DNA of 62,922 bases, counting the filler, from Octopus bimaculoides (lineage: Eukaryota): the NCBI RefSeq assembly GCF_001194135.2. It is 5 parts of 5 records of this genome, joined end to end, with 100 filler letters (N's around TTAATTAATTAA, not from the genome) between each part and the next. Parts side by side here need not be neighbours in the genome. Positions count along the whole stretch, not along the records: positions 36,716 to 60,437 come from NC_068985.1; 4 more parts are not named here. One strand, 5' to 3'. Position 1 is the first letter of the stretch; every line of letters starts with the position of its first letter. The notes under the pieces are model-generated. The model made no database searches. It was given only the letters and a program-made list of their open reading frames with translations, and was not told the DNA's origin. This document shows, in pieces, positions 36,616 through 47,949 of the stretch. The position numbers were made by a program, and so were the translations under genes.

Positions 36616-36715
36616 NNNNNNNNNNNNNNNNNNNNNNNNNNNNNNNNNNNNNNNNNNNNTTAATTAATTAANNNNNNNNNNNNNNNNNNNNNNNNNNNNN
36701 NNNNNNNNNNNNNNN
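36616..36715. other. Assembly spacer (44 N + TTAATTAATTAA + 44 N)
   Basis: Same structure as 22322. Confidence 0.9.
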
Positions 36716-37054
36716 AATGACAGCGAAACGGGCTGATTACTACCTAGCTCAGATACCAGGAAACCCCAAAATGGCTGAAGTCCAAAAGATAGTGCTCATG
36801 GGAACTGCCCATATCCTACGTAAAATACTGTCTATGTGATCTCAAATTTTAAAGCAAACATAATTTTCTTATGGTTTCTTAAACATTCACTTGAACAAAA
36901 CTGTACAAATCCAAATATATGGTACCCTAGGCATAACACCTACATGAACTTCTAACTTGTTGTCTCTTGAGGTCTCTGGGTGAGACTTGGATCCAACTTG
37001 TACAAATGCAAAACAAAAGTCAAACATAAAATAATAATAATAATAATAATAATA
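36716..37054 (+). mobile_element. Young R4/Dong-clade element 3' end
   Basis: Uninterrupted TAKRADYYLAQIPGNPKMAEVQKIVLMGTAHILRKILSM* (stop 36837-36839), ~195-bp 3' UTR, (TAA)n tail. Confidence 0.85.
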
Positions 37055-37235
37055 GCATTCCTACTGGAAGCACAAGACCTGCAAGTTGGGGTAGGTGGAT
37101 AGTTGATTATATCGACCCCAATGCTCAACTGCTACTTTATTCATCGACCTCGAAAGGATGAAAGGTAAAGTTGACTTCTGCGGAATTGAACTCAGGACGT
37201 AACGACGGGCGAAATACCGCTAAGCATTTCGCCGC
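37055..37235 (-). mobile_element. SINE family A (head truncated)
   Basis: ATCGACCTCGAAAGGATGAAAGG...GAATTGAACTCAG...CGAAATACCGCTAAGCATTTCGCC. Confidence 0.85.
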
Positions 37236-37257
37236 TTTAACAATAATAATAATAATC

Positions 37258-37470
37258 CTTTCTATTATAGGCACAAGGCCTGAAGTTTTGGGAAAGGGGA
37301 CTAATCGATTACAGCAACCCAAGAATTTCGCTGGTACTTAATTTATCGACCCTGAAAGGATGAAAGGCAAAGTTCACGGCGGCGGAATTTGAACTCAGAA
37401 AGTTGCGACGGGCGAAATACCGCTAAGCATTTCGTCTAGCGTGCTAACAATTCTGTCAGCTCGCCGCTTT
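37258..37470 (-). mobile_element. SINE family A
   Basis: Full head-to-tail copy flanked by (AAT)n on both sides. Confidence 0.85.
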
Positions 37471-37473
37471 AGC

Positions 37474-37507
<34 letters not shown>

Positions 37508-37686
37508 GTAGTAATAATAATACTTTCCNNNNNNNNNNNNNNNNNNNNNNNNNNNNNNNNNNNNNNNNNNNNNNNNNNNNNNNNNNNNNNNNNNNNNNNN
37601 NNNNNNNNNNNNNNNNNNNNNNNNNNNNNNNNNNNNNNNNNNNNNNNNNNNNNNNNNNNNNNNNNNNNNNNNNNNNNNNNNNNNNN

Positions 37687-37730
<44 letters not shown>

Positions 37731-37789
37731 GTAATAGTAATAATAATACTTTCCGATTTATGCACATGACCAGAAATTTTAGGGAAGGG

Positions 37790-37990
37790 GTAAGTTAAGG
37801 TTCCTGTTTTAGAAACATCTAGCAAATTTCAAGGGAAAATAGAAAACTATACCTTCTACCCCAGTGGATAGGTCATTTTACAGACTTTGTAGTGTAAGGA
37901 TGACACCGATAAGATTTGAACTCAGAATGTAAACAGCAGGAACAATTAACCCAAAGCATTTTCCCCACGTTCTATTATGCCAGCTCACTA
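37790..37990 (-). mobile_element. SINE family A, degenerate
   Basis: GATTTGAACTCAGAATGTAAA...AAGCATTT...TGCCAGCTCAC. Confidence 0.6.
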
Positions 37991-39779
37991 ATGACCAGTA
38001 TTTTCACAAGGTGACACATTCTCGAGGAAGAGTTCATGCAATTTAATCAACCACAGTATTTCTTAGAAGAATTTCTGGACTTGCAGTAGCGTGAGAACAT
38101 GTCATATCTTTGAGCAAATAGAGCATAACTGTATAGTTTCCATTTACACTACTGCTGCAATGAGCACCCATACCACCACCAACAACAACAACAACATTAA
38201 TAATAATTACAACAATAATACTAAGAACAACAACGATAACAACAAAAACAATATTATATGTAGGCACGTGATATTACTAATAGAAATATGGAGGCTTTTA
38301 CTAATAATAAATAAAATTAGAGCGGGAATGAAATGTAATATGGAGTTTTAATTGACTGATTTTGGACATATATCCGGAGATGACGATGAGAAGAGTGAGA
38401 TGAGATTGAATTCTGTTGTAACAACATCCTTTGCTATACTATCAATATCTGCAATTGGAAATATTAATTATCGATTTTTCACTATTTTTATGGTGGAAAT
38501 AACAGAGCGACTAGCTCGACGCTAGAATAAGAGACTTTCACAGGCACACACGCATAAACGCATACAAAAATATAAAGTTTAACACAAACATTACACGCAA
38601 TAATACTCTCGCAAACACATACATCTGTGTATGTATGTGTGTTGGTATGCCTATGTATGTGCATGCACATACACACACACACACACGCACACACACACAC
38701 ACACACACCCACACACACACATATATATATATATATTTATCAAATGAATGCATAGATCTCCCTGGAAGCGTATATGTATATATATGTATACATGTATATG
38801 TATATATGTATGTATGTATATGTGTATATGTGTATATGTATATATGTATATACATGTATGTATGTATTCATGCATGTGTATGTATGTACAAAAAGCTCGA
38901 TTATCCAGCTGAAGAAGCTAAATGAAAAGTAGTGGCATTTTAGAGTGAATCAATTGAAATTTATCAAATATTCTACATTTAAGTATTGCGTTCTGTAATC
39001 TATCTCTCCTTGGTGAGTCAATATGTGAGTGTGCGTGGGCTCGCGCACACACACACACATGTTAGTTGACCTGCACTGCTATTCGGCCAACAGATATATG
39101 CTTTTCTCGATGATAATAACCCGTTGATAACATTAGACAGGTTATGTACCTTTGATTCAATAAAGCAGTTAAGTTTGAATTCACATGAAATGGAATTCAC
39201 GATCGACTGAATTCAAAGCTTGTTAACATTATCTAAAATTAAATTAAACGACGTCCTGTGCGTGTGTATTAACCGTAATCAAGGCTGTCACTTCTAAGCG
39301 AATATATGACTGGTTTATATGCACTATGCTTTCCATAATGGTTTCAGGTGCCTGTGAATCTGTGAGCAGACATAGACACGTTCTTGCCTCTTCTAAATAT
39401 AGTCCTGTAGAATGTTAAAAATATGAGAGTTCAATAGAATTGTCCTAGCGTTCAGCAGGTTTTCATTTCCGTTGAGTAGACGAGAGCAGCTTGGGACAAA
39501 ATGATTTTGTTCGAGAATAAATCGCGCCGTCTGCTCCAGGAATCGCATCCACATCATTATGGTTGTGAGCTGTGAACTGTTTGAACGAGCAACCGAGTTG
39601 TCTTTTGATCATCGCCAACATTCTTAATAAAAGGGAAGATACGTAGGTTTATGTACTCCTATATATATCATGTTCGACAAGATAAGACAGGAGAGTAACT
39701 GGTTACCACAAATCGGAGTCGATTAAAGTATTTCTACTCCTTCTGTCTTCGTAAAGCCCATTAGTGAAATATTTACCAT

Positions 39780-40060
39780 TTTTCCATTCCATAATTCTAC
39801 AAAAATTCTTTGTGAATATCTACAAAAACTATAGACAATCTGTAATTTTTCTCGATTTAATCTCCATGGTATTTATTGAAATCCAAGCAGCCAATGTTCT
39901 TAACGAAATCGACATTTCTTACTTTAGATTTGCTGACATATTTTCCCAATCTGTATCAGAATATTTATGTGAATTATACTAACTTTATTTTTAAACACAT
40001 CCTTTCCTTTTCTACAAATATAACAGCCTTTACTCTAACAAATCGGCTAGGCTCATGGCT
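39780..40060 (-). mobile_element. Highly degenerate non-LTR RT fragment
   Basis: Frameshifted CRFR/KNIGCLD...YRLSIVFVDIHK resembles RT QCGFR...CLD...L.IVFVD.EKAFD. Confidence 0.35.
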
Positions 40061-40334
40061 CCTCTACTCAAGCACTCTCATCCCCCTCATTATCCTTGTG
40101 TAGTCAAACCTCCAAGTATCAATATCACCATTTTCCAGTTAATAACGTTAAAACTATTAAACTACCGGAAGTGCTAGGGTGTTCATGGCTTCGATGCGAT
40201 TTTTGGAGTTTAAGTCCAGTATTTAGTATGTGTCGTATTCTTCTGTAATACTCCTTTCGTATTTTTCCTTCATAGTAGCATGTTGTAGACCATCTCCGTT
40301 TGTCCTCAGCTATTTATAGCTTTCTTGTTAACAC

Positions 40335-40520
40335 GCCAGAGGAAATGCTCAGCGGTACTTCGTCCATCTTTACGTTCTGAGTTCAAATTTCGCCGCGGTC
40401 GACTTTTCCTTCCATCTTTTCGGGGTTGATAAATTTAGTACCAGTTAAATACTGAGGTCAATGTAATCTACTAGTCCCTCTCTCAAAAAATTTGAGGTCT
40501 TGTGCTTTTAGTAGAAAGTA
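40335..40520 (+). mobile_element. SINE family A
   Basis: TTCTGAGTTCAAATTTCGCCGCGGTCGACTTT..TTTCGGGGTTGATAA; (ATT)n tail to ~40610. Confidence 0.85.
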
Positions 40521-40541
40521 TCATTATTATTATTAACATCA

Positions 40542-40608
<67 letters not shown>

Positions 40609-40621
40609 TACTACTACTACT

Positions 40622-40835
40622 AAGGCACCGAGCTGACAGAATCGTTAGCACGTTGGGCCAGACACTTAACGGTATTTTGGTCGCCTTCACGTTCTGCGTT
40701 CAAATTCCACTGAGGTCGACTTTGCCTTTCATCATTCGAGATCGATAAATCAAGTACCAGTGAAACACTGGAGTCAATGTTATCGATTGTTCCTTTTCCT
40801 CCAGATTTCAGAACTTGTGCCTTCAATAGAAAGGA
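40622..40835 (+). mobile_element. SINE family A
   Basis: CGAGCTGACAGAATCGTTAGC...GTCGACTTTGCCTTTCATC...AGAAAGGATTATT. Confidence 0.85.
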
Positions 40836-41607
40836 TTATTGTTGTTGTTGTCGTTGTTATTGTTGTTGCTGTTGTTGCTGTTGTAATGGTTGTTGTGGTT
40901 ATCATTATCAACGCGGCAAAGTGTCGGAATCTTTATCACGTATGACAACCTGTTTTTCTGCACTCCTTCCGGTTCTATATGTTCTCAGTCGAAATACCGT
41001 CCGAGGACAGCAACTAAGTGCTTCATCTTCCATGGTCGCTAAAATAAAGTACCGGTCAAGAACTCGCGGCGATGTAATTGACTAAATCCCCTCCTGTCAA
41101 AATTACTGATCTTGAACCAAAATTACAAGAAAATTAGAAGTACTATATTTAATATTTACTTAATTGATGTATATAGTTGATAGAGTTTTTTCATTTCTTG
41201 TTTTTGTTTTTTCTTACATGTTGAAATCATTCAAAATGAGAACATTCAAAGTTTCGTTTGATTTCCAAACAAATTACAGCGAGAAAATTGAATTCTCAGA
41301 GATAACAATAAGAGATTTTTTTGTATAGAAAAAGCCAAATCGTAAAGTGCTAAACCATTTTCGTGATAGATGGCAATCAATCTTTTTGGTTGGACTAAAA
41401 TACAAAGCACCAGTTCCAATCTTCGGCCTTTCAATCAACATTAATCGGATTTATGATGCTATAGTCTGCGAAATGATTATATGTTAATCTGCACGCAATA
41501 TAGATCTATGGGAATGCATTCAAGCTGACACATACATGCACACACATACTGTCGTGCGTAACTGTACATACACTCAGAATAAAACACACAAATACGTACA
41601 TGTATAT

Positions 41608-41639
<32 letters not shown>

Positions 41640-42181
41640 TTGTGGGTGTGTATTTACACATATACAAACACACACAGCCATTTCGTTTCAGAAAGACTCT
41701 TCTACTGTTATCTTTTTAATTGAGACATATTTCGGCTTACTTCATGCATATTTTATGCGTTCTGTTCACTCTATCTGCCAGACTATCAGGCGTCCTTATA
41801 CATCGCTAATCACAATGCACTTCCAGTCTATCCTTGCTTGAACATTCTCTTCTTCTTAAGCCCGAAATTTTTGAGTATCTGTTCTTTCTCTCGTCTTCAA
41901 GTTCTTCTGTGTGGTCTTTTCTGGTCTTTTGGATACCACTCAACAACTGCACTAGTCTAACTGTGTATGCTTTCCAACATATCCGGTCCTGTATTCACTT
42001 TACTCATAATATTCATTCCACTCTGTTGTAGTATTACCTTGTTTAGGCTATTACCCCGCAATGGTATTTCTGACATAGATCTTTCCATGATCATTTGTAT
42101 CTTAGTTGTTCTCCCTTCTTTGTTGTAGTCGATATGCAGGTAGCGCCATGTTATTGAAGGGACTGGTACCCAAGATTTTGT

Positions 42182-42416
42182 GGTTAGGATTGTAAGATTT
42201 GGGGTTTGATTCCTGAATCGGGCGACGCGTTGTGTTCTTGAGCAAAACACTTCATTTCACGCTGCTTCAGTTCACTCAACTGGCAAAAGTGAGTAATCTT
42301 GCGACGGCCTGGCGTCTCGTCCAGGTGGCGAATGTATACGCCATGGAAACCGATAAACCAGTCCTTTTGAGCCGGCAAGACTCGAGAAGGTAATCTTTAC
42401 CTTTTTTTTTTCTTTT
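42182..42416 (+). mobile_element. 5'-truncated CORE-SINE with a 15-bp target-site duplication
   Basis: TACCCAAGATTTTGT at 42167-42181 and 42417-42431; CORE domain GTGTTCTTGAGCAAAACACTTCATTTCACG; T-rich tail. Confidence 0.85.
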
Positions 42417-43361
42417 TACCCAAGATTTTGTCTGTTTGTAGGTTGAGTGCATCTTTAATAGAATCGAATCTCGTGTATTTTTCTTTCTTGTTTTTTTTTT
42501 TTTACTTTAAGGCTTACTGTTGGACCTCTATTTGTCCACTTTTGTCTGCATGGTCTATAACTCATTCGAAGTTTCTGCTATGTTGTATGCAAATCGGAGT
42601 TTTGTCAGTAGAGAGCCGTTGATGTAGGCGCCACCTTTCGAATCAATGATATTGATGACCATTTATAGACATGCGCTGAAAAGGTATGGCGAGATGACAT
42701 CTTGATCAACACCCTTTTGAACTGGAACTCTTACAGGTGGTGACAGCAAAACTATGACAGTGGTACACTTGGTTTGCCTCTTCCGAGAACATTGAAATAT
42801 CGTATCTCGTCTCCTTTAATCTCCAGTAAACTCATCATTACATTCAAATTAGCTCTATCGAGAATTTTTGAAGACGGTACTAGGACGCAGTTTTTCATCT
42901 CTCGTTCGTTCAAGAAGCTATATTAGGTGAATATATAGTCTAGCATGCAATTCTTTGTAAACGTGCTCCTTCATTTAGATATTGTTCGTTCAAATGTTTC
43001 TACAGACTAATGAATATGACCTTTGTAAAAAGTTTGTACACGTGGGGCAAGAGGTATATTAGATGATAGTTACTGAAATCTTCCCAACAACGTTCTTATA
43101 AAGTAAAATAATATTCAAATGAAGTAGTTGAATATTCCCTGTCTTTCAAATTTCGAATATGAGGTGAACGAGTATTTTCTGTAGCTGCCCGTCTCACATT
43201 TTAATTTTTCTGTTGTTATACCACGTTTTTAGTGGGGTTATCTCTCATCATCAACTTTAAAGCATTCTATATGTCAATGACCAGAACAGCTGACACTTCT
43301 TCCAATACTTGTGACGAGGAACGAGCACTACTGGTGATTAGAAAGGAATGATATAACAGTT

Positions 43362-43477
43362 CTATAATTAAGAGATGAGGAATTATATACCTTATTTACG
43401 GGCATATGGCGTAGTGGTTAAGAGTGTGGGCTACTAACCCCAAGATTCCAAGTTCGATTCCAAGCAGTGACCTGAAC

Positions 43478-43524
<47 letters not shown>

Positions 43525-43694
43525 CAACAACAACAACATCGAAAAATACCTTAGGAATGAGAACCCAGGTTCGAAATTTCCCCAAAACACCTGAAGAAGG
43601 CTGGAGGGTATATCAGAAGAGACGTTGTGCTAACAACAAACAAGATGAGGACAAATATCCGTCGAATGTAAATAATGTAAATAATGTAAATAAG
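43362..43694 (+). mobile_element. tRNA-headed retroposon with an (AAT)n spacer and a decayed hammerhead-like 3' part; 17-bp TSD
   Basis: TSD GGAATGATATAACAGTT at 43345-43361 and 43695-43711; A-box TGGCGTAGTGG (~43407), B-box AGTTCGATTCC (43451); ACAC-CTGAAGA-A-GGCTG...CAG(AA)-GAGAC-GTT-GTGC at 43587-43630. Confidence 0.75.
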
Positions 43695-45599
43695 GGAATG
43701 ATATAACAGTTTTTACATATCTCCCTCACATCTTTGTTTTTGCTGTCGCTGTCTGTTCGTCGTCTTTCTTGACCACTGTTACTTCTGATATCTTTAATGT
43801 AATTATCTCCGACATTTCTATAAACTTCTCCTATCTTCTGCCGTAGCTTCTTCAATCTATAGTTTTCGATGTTCATTTCCCAATGACTTATTGCTTTGCA
43901 GAATACAGAGTTATCGAGTTGCTTCCACGTTTATAAGTGGCCCTGCAACCGTAGGACGGGCCGATTGAAATGCAGGGTACTGAGGTATGCCTTTTTTACA
44001 ACGTTTAGCATTTGAATGATGCTATGCCACTGGTTGAGAAGGGAGGCCTTAATCTCAACTTTAGATAGATTTCAGGCTCTAGTTTACAACAACTTTGTGC
44101 GTTTTTCTGAGACAATCCTTCCAAAGGCTTGGCAGTTCAGTAAATCTGTAGCATTGCTAGACTTACCAGGATATATGCACTGCCACCATTTCTACTGGAG
44201 GGTCATTGCCACTGTTGTGGCAATTTGACTAATCAGTAACAATACTCGTTCCTAATAACCTTTCGCGTAGCCCCAGATTCGCTGGACGAATGTAATTCAG
44301 CAAAGACTTGGAGAATAAACACTGTGCATATCACACACATGATATGCAGCTATATATTTTCTATAACCTGCAGGATGATAATAATACTAACTTAAATAGT
44401 ATCCTCTGTTAGAATCCTATATGTTACGATTTGTCATGACTCATACGTCACGCAAATGAAATTCAAAGAATAGAGATAGCTACAAAATACATACTACTCA
44501 AAACGAGAGAAAAGCATTTAAAACCAGTTAAAATACACTTCACGAAAACCGACTGAAAGCGGAACAGTAAAAATGTTCAAGACATTTCTCAAGTTCAAAA
44601 TGCAACACTTCCAGTTGTTATCGAATTTCCAGCGATGGAGCTTCGTTTCATTGCTAGAAATCCATTCCTTCATTCTAAAAAGAATTCAAACAGTTTTAAA
44701 AAATAGTACATGCATACGCCAACATATATATATACATGTTTATATATATGAATAATACAGACATGTAATCATATATACATACATAAAGACATGCAGACAT
44801 ACATATGTGTGTACATATGTACAAGCATACATGTCACATACAAACAGATACACACACTCATACATGCATGCATATAACCATACACAAAACATGCATAGAC
44901 ATATATATATGCACTCATACATACACATGCATTCATTTGTACACACTACAGTCATACATACATACAAACAAAAGTAAAATAAACTCTTTTACATGCATGT
45001 AGCCTCGAGGAATGAAAGTTTTCCAACCAAAATTTCCAGGCTTTCTTTTCGTTTAGCATGATTGCAATTTCATCTATGATGGGATCAAGTGATTCTATCT
45101 TTGAAATTCTTTACTCCTGCCAAGAAGCTATTAATTTTCTGATCCGCTTGTAAAGAACAGAAAAGGAAAAAAATGGTAAAAGAGAATAGAATGTATAAAT
45201 TAGTAATGGAGTGAGAAAGAGAGAGAGAAAGAGAGACAGAATGTGTGGAAAAAATGAAGAACTCATTAAGTTAGAATTACTCATGTCAGTCACGTGGTTG
45301 TTTTATTTTATTTTAGGAAAACATAAAATACAATGAAAAGCAATAAGAGACATCGACTTCTAATCCTTTTTTTATATGTATTTCCTTTTCACCTTTTGTG
45401 TTTAAACTGCATGTTTCTACAGGGTTAGAAGAATGTTGTTTTATGTTGGTAACCTGTAGGCGGAAAGTTCATGTGATCAAGTTTTCGTACTTCGACTTTG
45501 ATATATCTTTCTCCACACTACTCATCCACAACACTGTCAAGGAAATAAAACTAAAATTTTATCATTTACGTTATTTTGTGAACCACACGGGATCTGTAT

Positions 45600-45820
45600 T
45601 GAGCAGAATCGTTAGAGAGACAAAGAAAATAATCCGATATCTGCCTTCCGTTACGTTACGTTCCGTTTCTTTACGTTCTAAGTTTCAATTCCAACCAGGC
45701 CACTTTACATTCATTCCCTCGGAAATCACAAAAAAATGAAGTACTAGTCAATTTCTACGGTCACTGTAATCGACTAACAACTTCTCCCAAAATTTCAGGT
45801 GTTGTACCTAATTTAGAAAC
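45600..45820 (+). mobile_element. SINE family A, degenerate
   Basis: GCAGAATCGTTAG...TTTACGTTCTAAGTT...GTAATCGACT...CCCAAAATTTCAGG. Confidence 0.6.
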
Positions 45821-45933
45821 AAATATTTCAGGAATTATCACAGTTGTCGATAGTATCGTATCTTCAGTGTGCTTGTATTTCTTGTTATCTTTGTTCGCAC
45901 AGGTATATACGCAATCAAACGTATTTCGTCCAT

Positions 45934-45998
45934 GAATAACCTTCTACGGCCATTAGAATAACCTTCTACGGCCATTAGAATAATCTTCTACGGCCATT
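45934..45998. repeat. 22-bp tandem repeat, 3 copies
   Basis: GAATAACCTTCTACGGCCATTA at 45934, 45956 and 45978. Confidence 0.9.
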
Positions 45999-47913
45999 GT
46001 TTATTTGAAATTACTCTATGCCCTTTTTTAAAGGTATTATGGTGTGGTTTGAGGAACACTAATGCTAATTTTCTAAGGTTAATTGACCGCTTACTTGTGG
46101 ATGAATAGCAATTAGTTCCATAATCGAAGGATTCCATCATACTGCAGAATTAATATTTCATCAACCGCTGTTGTTGATGTTGTGCTGTTGTTGATGTGAT
46201 ATTTTAATTGTTGCCTGAATTGTAATTGTTATTTAGCAAAATACTAGCCCAGTATCTGCAGACATATTGTATATGATATTTTATCCGTGACATTACCGAT
46301 TATCCACATTTACAGTACACTGAAACGGGGTTACTTTAACAGTTTTAGACCTCTTATTGCAATAATTTCATAACCCTTCTTTCAATCTTAACTAAATTCG
46401 ACTATGTTAGGGGGACTAAATAGGTAAACTGATATATGAAATAAAAATAAGTTGCAGCCAATATTTGCTTACTTTTTTTAATATAAATGTCGCTGTTTTG
46501 CGGTTACTTTGAACAGTAATGATTTTTATTAACAAATACAAAAGAAAAGCCAATGAACAGCTTTAAGCGTTATAGCACTAAAACAATGTCACATTTTCAT
46601 TTTATGTTCTACATTCTTGTTCAAGGACAGGGATCGATAGTTCCAAAGTAACTCCGCTGGATAATCAAATGAGGGACATGCCATGTTATACACGCTTTTA
46701 CAAAGATACTAAAGTTATAAAAACACTTCAATAGAGAATTAACTAGCTATATTAACATACTATTTTAACAAAAGCTTATATCTTTTATGCAAGGAGTGCT
46801 TTAGCTACTGACAAAAGCATTCATATCTTACAAAAATGTTTGTTTCGCTGGAATTTGAAGAAATTGACAAATTCTTTCCTTGAGTGGATAATCAAAGTTA
46901 TATTTACAAATTTTACTTTATGTATTGAAATTATATTACCATAATTCTAAAGTTTAACAACACATTTTAACAATTCTGTAAGAAATATTAGTAACAAGCA
47001 TTAAGAGGAAACAAAACGTTATATTTTGTTCAAAGTCATCCCTTTCACGATATCCAACTTATCTTTTTGCAATTTAGCACAGTATGCTGTGCTTTCAGGA
47101 AATTTGATTGCTATTTCTACCAGACTGAACGACCATACCAAACATTCTTTAATTGTTAGTACCTGCTTCTCTCTTGCAGAAATACGTTGATGAGAGATTT
47201 TATGGGGATGCGTCTTCATTCGAACTCTGATTCGTATTATTAACTACGTTTCCAGATAAAGTATGCAGAATAAAACTATAATATGGTGACATGCAAAACA
47301 ATATTGGCACTGGAGTTTGAAGTCCTACACGTGATTTGTGTATAGTCCTATTTAACACAACTGTTTATAGTCCTATTGAACACAAGTGTGAGTAATTTAA
47401 AGACTCTATGCGTGTTAGGAATCATTTCTAACAAGTTTGAAAGACTAATCATAATTCTTTTCTTAGATCTACACAAATCAGTTTGAAATTATTAACAACA
47501 TTTCATAAATGTGGCATGTAGAAGCGTTATCTTAAACTGTTATAGCAAGAGGTAAGAAAATCTTACACACATTTAAACGAAACGTTTTTGGAAAATACTT
47601 TCCGAGTCGAAATTTGAGAATCGAAAATATTTCAAATGATAACATTGTATGTTTTATTTCCTAGATTTTTGAGGTTTTCTTCTTTTTTCAATCGGATCCA
47701 GATAAACATTCTTTTTCTTCCTAATACGGATAAGGAAAACATTTTCTGGTGTTCTATCAATCGGGTGGAATATCATGACGGTAATGAACAAATAAGTAAA
47801 TGATCGTCTTGTATTTTCCAGTCCTATGCTAGTCCTGCTTACTCTAATCTTTTGTCAAAGATGCTCACAATTTACCACCCAATTTGATTCGAAATCTTGT
47901 AACTATATCTGGA

Positions 47914-47949
<36 letters not shown>

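Larger units (their letters stand above)
41790..43900 (-). mobile_element. Old RTE LINE (linker, RT and C-terminus) interrupted by two younger insertions
   Basis: NYRLKKLR...DVREICKNCYIIPFL; DFSNYHLIYLLPHVYKLFTK; PVQKGVDQDVISPYLFSACL; YINGSLLTKLRFAYNI (FADD equivalent); IMERSMSEIPLR; VVEWYPKRP. Confidence 0.8.

Noticed and set aside
38352-38525. 57-codon protein-like frame (LTDFGHISGDDDEK...)
   Set aside because: No start, acceptor or recognisable homology; the length is compatible with chance.
46310-46520. Possible DNA transposon end (GGTTACTTT.AACAG twice)
   Set aside because: Only a short direct repeat; no matching inverted terminus or transposase found.
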